From Bdellovibrionota bacterium (GTDB taxonomy: Bacteria; Bdellovibrionota_C; UBA2361; JBIKWN01): a stretch of DNA of 64,000 nt. The translations under genes and the position numbers were made by a program. This document shows positions 44,549 through 55,073 of this stretch, one piece after another; position 1 is the first letter of the stretch, and each line of letters starts with the position of its first letter. Location of the stretch: the NCBI GenBank assembly GCA_044356295.1, contig JBIKWN010000002.1:64001-128000 (forward strand), written 5' to 3'. The notes beneath the pieces are model-generated. The model searched no databases, had not been told where the DNA came from, and saw only the letters and a program-made list of their open reading frames with translations.

Positions 44549-46235
44549 ACCGAACGTAAAGTTCTTTCCCGGTTTCATTGATAGCTTTAAAGACGACATT
44601 GTTTTTCTTTAGTAGTTGCTGAATTGTTTTGTGTACTGCTAAGCGTGCTGTTGGGCCTAAGTCGCTTTCAATATCTTTTATCACAAAAGTCATCGTTTGG
44701 CGACGTCGCTTTGAGCCTAAAATCTTCTGGCACAGCCAAAGTCTTTGTTTTTCTGGCGCTAAGAGAAGACTCGTTTTTTGTCGCAGCGTACAAGAACCTA
44801 GACCAATTGAATCTAACAAATCAAGAAGGTCACAGATTTCTTTGTCGAGATGCAGAAGTTTGCTCAATTCAGAGATTGTTGCTGTGTATAATGACTCTAT
44901 ATTTATCGATAAATAAAAACAGTGCATAGAATTCTCTGCGGCATCCGTTTGTAGTGAATGAAAAGCTTCTTGAAGCATTTTTGTGGTAATTGAATTCTGC
45001 CTTGCATAAGGAGTCGCTTTAAAACGATTTATGAGGAGCGAATCAATATTTCCAAAATTAAGAAGCGTTGAAATACCAGTATCTTCCTCAAATCGATACG
45101 TGGTCTCATTGACCAAAGTGATAGCTTGGGTGCCTTCTTCCTTGTTGCTCAAATTTGGCTGCGGATTATAAATAATAAGATTGGACTGAACTTTCGAAAA
45201 AAGATTTGAAATCGGATCAACTAATGGGACCCATAAAGAATTTGATAATTCTATATAAAGAAATTTTTCCTTGTATTTGAATTCATGCTCAAGAAATATT
45301 CTTACAGATTTTAAGAAGCGTTTAAAATCTTTGTCTAAATCGATGAGTCGTTGAACGATAGGTGAAACTAGAAATTCCACCCATACCTTATTGTGAGTAT
45401 CTAAATTTTTGGTTTCACTGTTTAGGCTAAAATTTTTTATATCATCTATTGAAAGATTTAATTCTCTACTTCGATGACTTTCCGTAACGGTAAATTTACT
45501 ACAAATCGGACAATAGTAATTAGAAAATATTGTTTCTTGACGATGGATTCTCTTAAGACTATCTACTTCATCAGTAAAATCAAAAAATGTGAGTAGTCCA
45601 TGCTGATGCAATAAGTCTTCTATTTTTTTTCTGAGCGTATTTTCTGAAACTGCTGTATCCAGATACATACTACTCAAAGAAATAGTGTCAATCACTAGAT
45701 ACTGAGGATGTTTAGAATCATTACTCGATTTTAGAATCCCATCCTCTATAACTCTTGAGACTTGATAAAAATCTTTTGCAAGCTCCCAGGAAACTCCGTC
45801 TCGTACTAAAAGTGTCTCGGCTGAAATACATACAGCAATAACTGTGGTATTACTAGAACTTGTAAATTTCAATATCAACTCTTCGATACTGGAACTTGAT
45901 AATTGCTGCTTACAAGTATCACAAAAAACAATCCTATCTTGATCGGCACCAATAAGTCCTATTAATTCATTAGGAATACATTCAGCAAAAAAATTTACTT
46001 TTCCCGTAGCGCATAAAATCAGTTCTTGCTGGTTAGGTACTGTTAGTGGTCGTTTCGTAGTTTCAATAGAATTAGATAAAACGAGATCTCGCCAAGGGAT
46101 TTTCTTAGTCACAATAACTTCTTCATCATCACTAGCCCCTTTCACTGTATACTCAGATGCATTCAGCGAAGCGCGATATTGACGAGCAGAGCTCGACACT
46201 TCATGAATTTGAAATTTAGCTACGGGAGTATCCAC
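44541..46235 (-). CDS. Highly degenerate UvrA-like protein (ABC ATPase motifs lost)
   Basis: Collinear UvrA-like blocks: CDTC, VIDTI, FSNYYCPIC, FKATPYAR and LDSIGLGSCTLRQKTSLLLAPEKQRLWL. Confidence 0.6.
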   Translation of the reverse strand: MDTPVAKFQIHEVSSSARQYRASLNASEYTVKGASDDEEVIVTKKIPWRDLVLSNSIETTKRPLTVPNQQELILCATGKVNFFAECIPNELIGLIGADQDRIVFCDTCKQQLSSSSIEELILKFTSSSNTTVIAVCISAETLLVRDGVSWELAKDFYQVSRVIEDGILKSSNDSKHPQYLVIDTISLSSMYLDTAVSENTLRKKIEDLLHQHGLLTFFDFTDEVDSLKRIHRQETIFSNYYCPICSKFTVTESHRSRELNLSIDDIKNFSLNSETKNLDTHNKVWVEFLVSPIVQRLIDLDKDFKRFLKSVRIFLEHEFKYKEKFLYIELSNSLWVPLVDPISNLFSKVQSNLIIYNPQPNLSNKEEGTQAITLVNETTYRFEEDTGISTLLNFGNIDSLLINRFKATPYARQNSITTKMLQEAFHSLQTDAAENSMHCFYLSINIESLYTATISELSKLLHLDKEICDLLDLLDSIGLGSCTLRQKTSLLLAPEKQRLWLCQKILGSKRRRQTMTFVIKDIESDLGPTARLAVHKTIQQLLKKNNVVFKAINETGKELYVRYA

Positions 46236-46271
46236 ATGCTTAGTCTTACGTATTTTTATTACAAAAGTCGA

Positions 46272-47258
46272 TTAGGGATTCTTTGAAACTCTTCGAATTC
46301 CAAGTGCTGATGGAGATGGTCGAGAAGAGATCTGAGCACCTTCGCTTTTATTGGCAAATGATACAGAGGTTCCACCATCAAGAAAAACAAGCTTATCAGG
46401 GATAATATTTAGTTTTTGTGTAAGATAGAAACACTGCTTTGCAAATGAAAAAATAGTGAGACCTTTATTAGGACTTTGACCACTGCCAACACTAACCGTC
46501 ATTAAAACTTTTTCATTTGTTTGTTTATCAAATCCAATGAGCACTCCTGTTCTGGGGCGCTCTAATCCTCCATCGAGCCCCTCATAGGCGGCTTTGCAAT
46601 TATAATTTCTGTTCCAAGTATTAAATGCTTGAACAAAAAAATCTTTTCTACTTCGATCAACTAAAACTTTTTGAATTACTTGATTTTTTATATCAACAAA
46701 AGCCAGCCCGCCTAAATAATGTTCGAATTCAACTGACAGGTCTGCTCCTGGTGGAATAATTTTCCCACTTTTATCCTTTAGGTCCGATCGCCTACCAATC
46801 TGCCATTCACCCTCTTTTGGAAGTCCAACGTAATATCGATTGTATATTTTTCTTTCGAGGCGCTGATCAGAACTTTTAAAAGGTTTTGAAAAATTTTTGT
46901 GTGCTGGATCAATAGAGACCCCTACTATGTCTCCCATACTTTGACCACCACCAAAAAAAGTACCGTTTACAATTGCTACGTATTGATTTGAATTGAGTAA
47001 ATTTTGAGCAGTACGCTGATTAAAGGATCCTCCAAGGACCATCATTTCATACCCTGAATCAACCAGAAGCACATCAGCACGCAAAACCGTATTGTTTGAA
47101 AGCTTGATTTTTACAGACCTCAAAGGAGGTGATACTGAAATATTATTAGGAGGATTAAGGAACTCTAGTGAGTTTGCACCACCAAGACTATCCGCCTGGA
47201 GACCAAACAGAGCAAAAGAAGCTAAGGGCACTAGACTAGCATTTTTTAGAAAACCCAT
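46272..47258 (-). CDS. Exported phosphodiester glycosidase (NAGPA/DUF2233) family protein
   Basis: Signal-like N-terminus; IVNGTFF, RPRTGV and FLDGGTS motifs. Confidence 0.7.
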   Translation of the reverse strand: MGFLKNASLVPLASFALFGLQADSLGGANSLEFLNPPNNISVSPPLRSVKIKLSNNTVLRADVLLVDSGYEMMVLGGSFNQRTAQNLLNSNQYVAIVNGTFFGGGQSMGDIVGVSIDPAHKNFSKPFKSSDQRLERKIYNRYYVGLPKEGEWQIGRRSDLKDKSGKIIPPGADLSVEFEHYLGGLAFVDIKNQVIQKVLVDRSRKDFFVQAFNTWNRNYNCKAAYEGLDGGLERPRTGVLIGFDKQTNEKVLMTVSVGSGQSPNKGLTIFSFAKQCFYLTQKLNIIPDKLVFLDGGTSVSFANKSEGAQISSRPSPSALGIRRVSKNP

Positions 47259-47373
47259 TCCTTACGATGGTAATGATAATAGAACAGGATAAAAAGCACT
47301 TTTTTCGTGTTTATCTCTTTAGTGGTCGTTTTATCTACAGTTTGATATAACAAATTACTTAAAAAACTCGACC

Positions 47374-48657
47374 ATGATCCTTAGCTTTCATCCTACACTT
47401 CGAGCCCTTATTACAGCAGTTTTTGCCGGATTTTTATTCATTTTTTTTGCATGGAAAGATAATGATATCCTTGCTAGTTATACAGTTCTAACCCTCTGTA
47501 CCTCGCTATTTTTCAGCTTTTTCCTTGTACTCGTTTCTGGTCGTCGAATAAAAAAAAATATGTCGATTCAGATTCTCTCTTCTCTGCCAGCAGATTCGAA
47601 ATCTACAACAGTCTTTAGCAAAAGCCCCTCGCTGTTTCACTTTAGTCTGAAAAATTGCTCGATACTTCCCCTCACCGACTTATCGCTACGTTTTATATTT
47701 CAGAACGACGATGCTGCTGAAATTTTTGTAGTTATCAATGCTTCAAGCCCTAAAGACAAGATTCATCAGATACCCTTTGTGTATGAGCATCGTGGAATTT
47801 GGAACAATGATCAGATTGAATGGAAGATCCAAGATAGTTTTGGATTTTGGAATTATCAATCAAAAAAATCTGTTTCATTATCTTCTGAAGCGACATCAGT
47901 CTATCCAGCCCCCAGTAACTTTGAATCTCTTGAACCTCTTTTTTCAAGTGTTCGAGATGGAGATGATCAACTCGATTCGGTGCAGCTTGGTGGTGATCTA
48001 TATGATATTAAACGGTACCACCCATCTGATGGACTTCGAAAAATTGTTTGGAAAGTTTTTGCACGTACTGGAGAACTGCTTTCAAGACATCCCGAGAAAA
48101 CAATGACACCTGACGGCAAAATTATTCTGTATGTAGCAGGTGGCAAATTGGCAGACAATGGCTATTGGCAATGTTCTCGTTACATGCAGCAGATGAAACA
48201 GATTGGGCTTGATGTTCTCTCGTCTGGGTTACAGTTTGGAAGTAACGACGCCTGCCCTGATCCTGAATCATTTCTTGATAAAGCAGTAATCTCTGCCTTT
48301 AATCCTATTAATGTTGATGGAATTCATAAACTCTTTTCTGAAGAGTTTGGAACCTCTTTTGTTTCCTCAGTTGGGTTGTTTATCGATCTGACTTCCCACG
48401 ATAAAGAAGAACTTGATAATCTTATCAAAAGTATTCGAGAAATCGTGATAAGTTTAAAAGAGAAAAATATCAAACCAGTTATACTCTATTTTCATGCTAT
48501 TGATGATTCTGATGAGCAAACCAGATCATCACATCCTGTATCAAAAGTATTAGAGCTCATTAAAGAGAAGTCCGAGAAAAATTTCAGTGATTCATTTCAA
48601 TACATGTCTATTCAACAATCGTTTCTAAATGAACTTCAGGATTCGTTGACGCAATGA
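47374..48657 (+). CDS. DUF58 family protein
   Basis: Two N-terminal TM segments; HRG, DSFG and IKRYHPSDGLRKIVWKVFARTGEL motifs. Confidence 0.8.
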   Translation: MILSFHPTLRALITAVFAGFLFIFFAWKDNDILASYTVLTLCTSLFFSFFLVLVSGRRIKKNMSIQILSSLPADSKSTTVFSKSPSLFHFSLKNCSILPLTDLSLRFIFQNDDAAEIFVVINASSPKDKIHQIPFVYEHRGIWNNDQIEWKIQDSFGFWNYQSKKSVSLSSEATSVYPAPSNFESLEPLFSSVRDGDDQLDSVQLGGDLYDIKRYHPSDGLRKIVWKVFARTGELLSRHPEKTMTPDGKIILYVAGGKLADNGYWQCSRYMQQMKQIGLDVLSSGLQFGSNDACPDPESFLDKAVISAFNPINVDGIHKLFSEEFGTSFVSSVGLFIDLTSHDKEELDNLIKSIREIVISLKEKNIKPVILYFHAIDDSDEQTRSSHPVSKVLELIKEKSEKNFSDSFQYMSIQQSFLNELQDSLTQ

Positions 48658-50804
48658 AATATCTCTACCTATTTCGCTGTAGCATTATTTTCTTCTTAAT
48701 TCTGTGTGCACAGTGGATTCTTGACCTTGAAATTTCATTGCCAATGATTACATCAACACTCATTGTTGGCACCTTGTTTCCTTATATTCTTTTTCGAAAT
48801 AAATTTACATTCTTGGGATTTATTCTCTCTTGCTTCGCCATTTATATAATATCTTTTTCTGTTCAATATATTCTTGGTGAATCGTCAGGGGCAGTTTTTG
48901 GATCTCCCTTTATATTTGATTTATTCAACGACTCTTTAAATCTATTCCTCATTGGTGCTGCTGGAACTACCATTTTATCTTGGTTTTTCCTTCGTCTGCC
49001 TGGCTATCCAGTTGTAGAGCTTTTAGGAATGATAGCATTAGCACTTGGGATTTTTGGCACCCATCGAAATTTTAATTTTGATAATCCTAAACTTCTCAGT
49101 GATCTTGCATGGCAATATAATATTGAACCTCTCTCACTTCTGATTGCATCAGGATTCGTTTTATCAATTCTAATCCTTGCATACTCAATGATGATTGCAA
49201 AACTCGAAATGCAAACTCATCGCTCGATTTTTATTGATACTGGATCGAGTCGTAAAAAAATTCGTAGTTCATTTGCACTCATTGGTATTTTTATTATCGT
49301 CGCGCTTGGAAGCGGTTTGTATCAATTCTATTTTCTTCAACAACAACTTCGTGTTGCAAATGGCGTAGGGCAAGCATCTGAAGAAGGAGTCAGTCCATTA
49401 GGATTTAATAGTGCTATGGGGAGCACGAGACAACCTGCTGCCGTAGTTCGACTTGATGGGGATTATACTGAAAATCCATTTCAGCCGATGATGTATCTTC
49501 GAGAAAATGCTCTGTCTACCTTAGGAAATCATGAATTAGTTATTGCAGGTGGTGAATTTGATACTGATCTTCACAGAACTGCTCCAAATGAACGGTATGA
49601 AATTGATCTACCATCAGTTACCAATAGAAAGAAACTATCTTTCTCTGCATACCTCTTAACAAAACATAATCTTGCCTTTGCTATCGATTATCCGATTAGT
49701 ATCAGCCCGATTAAAAATCCAAAGCCCGAGAAATTTAAAAGTGCTTTTCACTCAGTATCAGTAGTCCCTACATTCCCTCTTGCTGCTCTTGTAGGCGCCA
49801 GAGCTGGTGACAGTTCTTGGAATGAACAAGTTCGTGCACATTATCTAGCAACAGATCCCGATCCAAGATATGCAACACTAGCCGCTCGAATTGTTGGTAA
49901 TCAGGCAATATCTTCGTCAGAAGCAGCTCAAAAAATTGCGCAATATCTCTCTGAGAATTCAATCTATACATTGACCCCAAACCATTCAGTAAAAAAAGGC
50001 GACGATCAAGTCGCACCGTACCTATTCGGAGATATGCGTGGATATTGCGTACATTTTGCTCATGCTACTGTTTTTATGCTTCGCTCGCTTGGTATACCGG
50101 CTCGAATCGGGGCAGGTTATCTAACAGATCTGAGTAAAGCCAAGGATGGTCACATTCTTTTAAGAATGAGTGACCGTCATGCTTGGGCAGAAGTATATTT
50201 CGAAGGTTTTGGATGGATTCCTTTTGATACAAAACCAACCCGTGTTGAAAGTCACGGTGATTCCGAGATGGACTATAAACTCTTAGAAGAACTCATGGGG
50301 ATTCTTGGAAATGATGAGTTCCTTCCCCCTGAAAAAACGATTAAAGAACCTGGACTTCAAAAACCTATTCCATTCGAATTTCCAATTCACAGAATACCTT
50401 GGCTCGAAATATGTTTATCAATCTGTGGTGGACTTCTTTTTCTAAAATTATGGATTCGATTGAGCTGGAAACTTCCTTCAACTAAAAAGAAAAAAATATT
50501 TCGTGCATATCGAAGCTTGATCTCTGTGCTCTATGATATTGGAATCTATCGACAAAAAGCTGAGACATTCACTGAATTTCAAAAACGTGTTGCTCTTGAG
50601 ATTCCAAACAATATTCTTTCGCACATTACTCCTCATACTCTTACAACGAAATTTAGTGATATATCTGAAATAAGTTCAGTAACACTCGATGAAATTATTC
50701 AAAGTGAGCAATCTGTCTTAAGAAAAATCTCTTTGGTAAAAAAATTAATTGCTCTTTTAAATCCAGCTTCTTGTTTACTTCTTTTTAAGAGGAACTGGAT
50801 ATGA
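48654..50804 (+). CDS. Membrane-anchored transglutaminase-like protein (TgpA-like)
   Basis: GYCVHFA...GIPAR...HAWAEVYFEGFGWIPFD Cys-His-Asp triad; N-terminal TM segments. Confidence 0.88.
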   Translation: MKYLYLFRCSIIFFLILCAQWILDLEISLPMITSTLIVGTLFPYILFRNKFTFLGFILSCFAIYIISFSVQYILGESSGAVFGSPFIFDLFNDSLNLFLIGAAGTTILSWFFLRLPGYPVVELLGMIALALGIFGTHRNFNFDNPKLLSDLAWQYNIEPLSLLIASGFVLSILILAYSMMIAKLEMQTHRSIFIDTGSSRKKIRSSFALIGIFIIVALGSGLYQFYFLQQQLRVANGVGQASEEGVSPLGFNSAMGSTRQPAAVVRLDGDYTENPFQPMMYLRENALSTLGNHELVIAGGEFDTDLHRTAPNERYEIDLPSVTNRKKLSFSAYLLTKHNLAFAIDYPISISPIKNPKPEKFKSAFHSVSVVPTFPLAALVGARAGDSSWNEQVRAHYLATDPDPRYATLAARIVGNQAISSSEAAQKIAQYLSENSIYTLTPNHSVKKGDDQVAPYLFGDMRGYCVHFAHATVFMLRSLGIPARIGAGYLTDLSKAKDGHILLRMSDRHAWAEVYFEGFGWIPFDTKPTRVESHGDSEMDYKLLEELMGILGNDEFLPPEKTIKEPGLQKPIPFEFPIHRIPWLEICLSICGGLLFLKLWIRLSWKLPSTKKKKIFRAYRSLISVLYDIGIYRQKAETFTEFQKRVALEIPNNILSHITPHTLTTKFSDISEISSVTLDEIIQSEQSVLRKISLVKKLIALLNPASCLLLFKRNWI

Positions 50805-52699
50805 AATTTTTCGTTCAATACATTTTCGCTCTTTCTCTTACATTCTTTGTTTGCCCACATTATACGTTTGCCCAAGTTTCTGATCCGTTGTGGAGTGATA
50901 GTGATTCGCTTGAAGAAGATGAAAAACTTGACGAACTCAAAACTGCCGATCAGCTTATTGGAGAAGCTGATTTCCTTTTAGATGACCAACGGCTACTCGA
51001 TGCTCGTACGAAATTAATGCGCGCTCTTAAAAAAGAGCCAAAGAATTACCGAGCGCACATGATGTTATCTGGATATTACCTCGTGCACGTGGGTCATTTT
51101 CGATTATCACTGCGCTATGTTCGTGAAGCAGAACGGCTTTTTCTTGAAAAGAATGGACCCCCTCCTTATATTGATGCAAGGGCGCTCGCGGAGCATGGAC
51201 AGATCCTCTATTTAATCTCGCAAGCAAGATTAAATCTTGATGATTATCAAGGTGCACTTGATTCCCTAGATGACTTTGAACGACTGCACTATCAAGCACA
51301 GTGGTATCCTGGAACGAGAGCATGGATTCTTATGAAGCTTGGCAAAATTGAAGATGCTATTCGTATAGCAAGAGCTGGTGTTATCGGGGGTGCTGAGCCT
51401 GGACGAACGCTTAATATGCTTGGCATTCTTCTATCCATGCACGGTGAACGAGAAGAATCGTTATCTATATTTCGAGAAGCTATCGCATGGGAGCTTTCAC
51501 AGGGGTCAAATGGTCAACCTGCAACTCCTCTTAATAATAGTGGCGAAGTGTATAAAGAGCTTTTCATGGATGAGAAAGCTGAAAGTAATTGGTTACGTGC
51601 CATGGGTATGCCTGATGGTTGTGAACATATTCTGCCGACGTTGAATGTATCTCTTCTTTACTTCGATCAGATGAATCTCGATGGAGCTAAGAAAGCGTTC
51701 GACAGCTTTGAATCTTGCGTTGCACAATATCCACTCAGGAACGGAGAAGAACATAAAGCGCTTCTTGCATTCGGAAGAGGAAGGATACTGTTGTTATCTG
51801 GACGAGCTGAAGCATCGCTTGAACAATTTGAGCAATCAAATAAAGACCGTCAATGGTTCGGTAAAATCGGAACGAGTGAGCAAGATCTGAGCGCTGCGAT
51901 TTTACAATCGATGTCGCAAGCTCACTATGCAATTGCAAATCGGTTGCGATTAACAATTGTTGATTCTATTTGGGATTCTTTTTTCAATGTTCAAGAGGAA
52001 TACTTTCATCAAATGCTCGGCTGGTGGTACGAGCGCAAAGCTCGAAGGCTTTTAATCGAAGAGCTAAAAGAACTCGAAGATATTTCAATTAGAAACACAG
52101 ATTCACTGCTTGAGTATCCTACTCTTGGAACAGTATTGAGAGGACTTTCGACAGTTTCATTAAAAACAAGAATTGAGCTTGAACATAAAACAGACTCACG
52201 AAAAGTTGCTAGAAATTTTTATGAAGGCTACCTCGGGGAGAATCTACTTTTTCATGGTAATGAAACTCAAGGATTAGCACTGATACAAAACGCAATTACC
52301 AATGCTCGTTCACATTTTGATGATCTTTTTAAAGCACACCTCCAGGCTCTACTCTTAACAAGGCTCTCACCTGATTCAGCTTCGTATGATCAAATCATTC
52401 AAGAGCTCTTCACCCTCAACAGGGTTCTGTTAAGGGATAGAGGCTTGGCGTTACCTGTTAAGATAAGTGGATCCCTTGGCTCTAATGAACTCACACTACT
52501 GAGGCAAGCAGGCATCATACCTTCTCAGAATTCTCAAGCTTCTGTCGAAATTACGTTTACTCGACATCAAGACTCCATTCTCGCAGAAGTGAAAGCTCCT
52601 CTCGCATCTGGTGGCGTCATGCAACTAAAAGGAGAGCGATTCTCTGACTTAGTGAACCGACTGAACGAGAACTTATTTTCAATAGATGTATCCGGATAA
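50801..52699 (+). CDS. Exported tetratricopeptide-repeat protein
   Basis: Signal peptide and repeated TPR-like helices. Confidence 0.7.
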   Translation: MKFFVQYIFALSLTFFVCPHYTFAQVSDPLWSDSDSLEEDEKLDELKTADQLIGEADFLLDDQRLLDARTKLMRALKKEPKNYRAHMMLSGYYLVHVGHFRLSLRYVREAERLFLEKNGPPPYIDARALAEHGQILYLISQARLNLDDYQGALDSLDDFERLHYQAQWYPGTRAWILMKLGKIEDAIRIARAGVIGGAEPGRTLNMLGILLSMHGEREESLSIFREAIAWELSQGSNGQPATPLNNSGEVYKELFMDEKAESNWLRAMGMPDGCEHILPTLNVSLLYFDQMNLDGAKKAFDSFESCVAQYPLRNGEEHKALLAFGRGRILLLSGRAEASLEQFEQSNKDRQWFGKIGTSEQDLSAAILQSMSQAHYAIANRLRLTIVDSIWDSFFNVQEEYFHQMLGWWYERKARRLLIEELKELEDISIRNTDSLLEYPTLGTVLRGLSTVSLKTRIELEHKTDSRKVARNFYEGYLGENLLFHGNETQGLALIQNAITNARSHFDDLFKAHLQALLLTRLSPDSASYDQIIQELFTLNRVLLRDRGLALPVKISGSLGSNELTLLRQAGIIPSQNSQASVEITFTRHQDSILAEVKAPLASGGVMQLKGERFSDLVNRLNENLFSIDVSG

Positions 52700-52726
52700 T
52701 TAATTTTTTTGTACTCTTTAGATATT

Positions 52727-53704
52727 ATGACTACTCCAGATGTTTCCTCAGCACACGCTATCTCTGAAAAATTACGATTAGCCTTAGGGCAAGTTGTGAA
52801 AGGGCGAGATGATACAATTAAAAAAATTATTGCTGCTATTTTTGCAGATGGTCATGTCCTTCTTGAAGATTATCCAGGGTCGGGTAAAACGACTCTTGCT
52901 AAGGCATTAGGTAAGCTTATCTCACCTGCTGATAGTACAGGTCATATCCTTCCCTTTCGACGAATCCAATTCACACCGGACCTTCTTCCAGGGGACGTAT
53001 TAGGAGTATCAATGTTTGATACTAAAACATCGACCTTCAATTTTGTTCACGGACCAGTATTCGCGCATATTGTTCTTGCGGATGAAATAAATCGAACAGG
53101 ACCAAAAGTTCAAGCAGCATTTCTTGAATGTATGGCTGAGAAACAAGTGACGATTGATAACCATACCTATCCGCTTGACCCGTTCTTTTTTGTTATTGGA
53201 ACACAGAATCCAATTGATATGGCAGGAACTTATCCCCTGCCCTATGTTCAGCTTGATAGATTTATTTTTAAAATTCCTATGCCCTATGTCGATGCGGTAA
53301 CTGAGCTTGCTCTTTTAAATGAGCATGATGGAATTCTTTCTAAAGCTTCACATTTAACTGCTGTAACAACGAGAGATGAAATTCTTGCTGCACGTAAAAT
53401 TACTACCGAAATTGCAGTACATCCATCAATTCAACGTGCGATTATCAGTATTGTTCAAGCAACAAGAAATAATGCTCAGATTCAATATGGAGTTTCGACA
53501 AGAGCTGCACTTTTACTTCAACAAGCAGTGAAAGCCTTAGCCGTTGTAGCAGGACGACATTTTGCAACCGAAGATGACTTAAAAGAAGCAATTCCTGTTG
53601 TTCTTAATCATCGATTAAAATTTCATCCAAGTGCTGGGAGTCCAAGTGAGGCACTATCACGATTAGTTGAGCCGTTTGTTGAGAAGGTTATTGTACAAGG
53701 ATAA
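52727..53704 (+). CDS. moxR: MoxR-family AAA+ ATPase
   Basis: HVLLEDYPGSGKT, RIQFTPDLLP, LADEINR and GTYPLP..QLDRF motifs (track start 52709). Confidence 0.9.
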   Translation: MTTPDVSSAHAISEKLRLALGQVVKGRDDTIKKIIAAIFADGHVLLEDYPGSGKTTLAKALGKLISPADSTGHILPFRRIQFTPDLLPGDVLGVSMFDTKTSTFNFVHGPVFAHIVLADEINRTGPKVQAAFLECMAEKQVTIDNHTYPLDPFFFVIGTQNPIDMAGTYPLPYVQLDRFIFKIPMPYVDAVTELALLNEHDGILSKASHLTAVTTRDEILAARKITTEIAVHPSIQRAIISIVQATRNNAQIQYGVSTRAALLLQQAVKALAVVAGRHFATEDDLKEAIPVVLNHRLKFHPSAGSPSEALSRLVEPFVEKVIVQG

Positions 53705-53750
53705 AGTGAGTGCATTCAGTTCTACTTTTCACTTTCAAATCGCTTACTGT

Positions 53751-54248
53751 TCAATCTTTATTAGTATTCACAAGCTCGCTGATTGCTGTAAAAAAAGGGG
53801 TCCCATTATACTTGTGCCACTGAATTGATACCGGATAAAAGTCATCTTTTATTTGATCGATTGATACGATCTGAAAATTACCAGGTGTTACTAAACCATT
53901 CTTTCCAGGTAAATTAGATTTTAAGTTTCCTGCAATCATATTAATAATTTCTCGGAGCGTATCGTTTATCTGCTTTGTTGTAGGATTATCGATTGAGAGC
54001 AGTTGGGAGGTAACAGCAGAGCCTAACGCAACAGGAACACCCATTCGTATATTTCCTGTCCATGTACCACCAATCCACGCTACGGATCCTAACCATGGAA
54101 AAGGTTGATTTGTTGACTTGCATCCATTTGCTGTTTCAAGCGATGCATTAAGCATCGTCTCCCAAACATGAGTAGTCGAAGCGAATAATTGAGCACTCAA
54201 TTTTTCATGGCTAACTTTGAAATGCTCAATAGATTCTTGTTGTGTCAT
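53751..54248 (-). CDS. cheX: Chemotaxis phosphatase CheX
   Basis: GTWTG and DTLREIINMIAGNLK (ExxN motif). Confidence 0.8.
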   Translation of the reverse strand: MTQQESIEHFKVSHEKLSAQLFASTTHVWETMLNASLETANGCKSTNQPFPWLGSVAWIGGTWTGNIRMGVPVALGSAVTSQLLSIDNPTTKQINDTLREIINMIAGNLKSNLPGKNGLVTPGNFQIVSIDQIKDDFYPVSIQWHKYNGTPFFTAISELVNTNKD

Positions 54249-54257
54249 AAAAAAGAA

Positions 54258-55073
54258 TTACTTTTTTTGATAACAGCTCGTTTTTTCAAATGAGATTCGA
54301 TTAAAGTTGTCGCAAAGATTTAATGTCGTCTCTGCTGTTCCTAAAAAAAGGTAGCCCTCTGGTTTTAATATACTATGAACTCTATTTAAAATTTGACGTT
54401 TTGTTTCGATATCAAAATAAATCAGCACGTTTCGTAACATTACAAGGTCACATGGTGGAATCGTTGTAAATGGATGAAGAAGATTTAATTCTGAATATTC
54501 GACCATCTCTCTAATATCAGGACGAATAATCCAATCTTGATTATTTTTTTCGAAATATTTTGGAAGATATCGGACTGGAAGACCTCGATTGATTTCAATT
54601 TGATTGAAAATACCACTTTTTGCTTTTGCAAGAATTGCTGCCGAAACATCAGTAGCTTTAAATTTGATTCGCCAGCTTGAGAGCTCAGGAAAAGTTTCAC
54701 GAATTAACATACAAAGCGAGTACGGTTCTTGTCCTGAAGAAGCTGCACCACACCAAATTGTTAATTCTTTTTTTGGACGTAATTTCTCGATAAGCTGTGG
54801 GATTATTTTTGTTTTAAGGGCTTCAAAAGGTTCAATATCTCTAAAAAAACTTGTTTCGTGTGTCGTGAGTGATTCAACAACCTGCCGACGCCGTATTTTG
54901 TCAGAAGATTTCTGAAGATGAATAACAAAACTAGATATATCTACGAATCCGAGGCTTTTTGCTACAGGCTCAACTCGGGATTGGACAAGATACTCTTTTC
55001 CTTCGCCAAGTGTAATACCAGCGTCTTCTTTCACCAGTCTAGCAATATATTGAAAATCGACTTGATTAAGCAT
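54258..55073 (-). CDS. cheR: Chemotaxis methyltransferase CheR
   Basis: TTHETSFFRD, IWCGAASSGQEPYS and RNVLIYFD motifs. Confidence 0.95.
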   Translation of the reverse strand: MLNQVDFQYIARLVKEDAGITLGEGKEYLVQSRVEPVAKSLGFVDISSFVIHLQKSSDKIRRRQVVESLTTHETSFFRDIEPFEALKTKIIPQLIEKLRPKKELTIWCGAASSGQEPYSLCMLIRETFPELSSWRIKFKATDVSAAILAKAKSGIFNQIEINRGLPVRYLPKYFEKNNQDWIIRPDIREMVEYSELNLLHPFTTIPPCDLVMLRNVLIYFDIETKRQILNRVHSILKPEGYLFLGTAETTLNLCDNFNRISFEKTSCYQKK

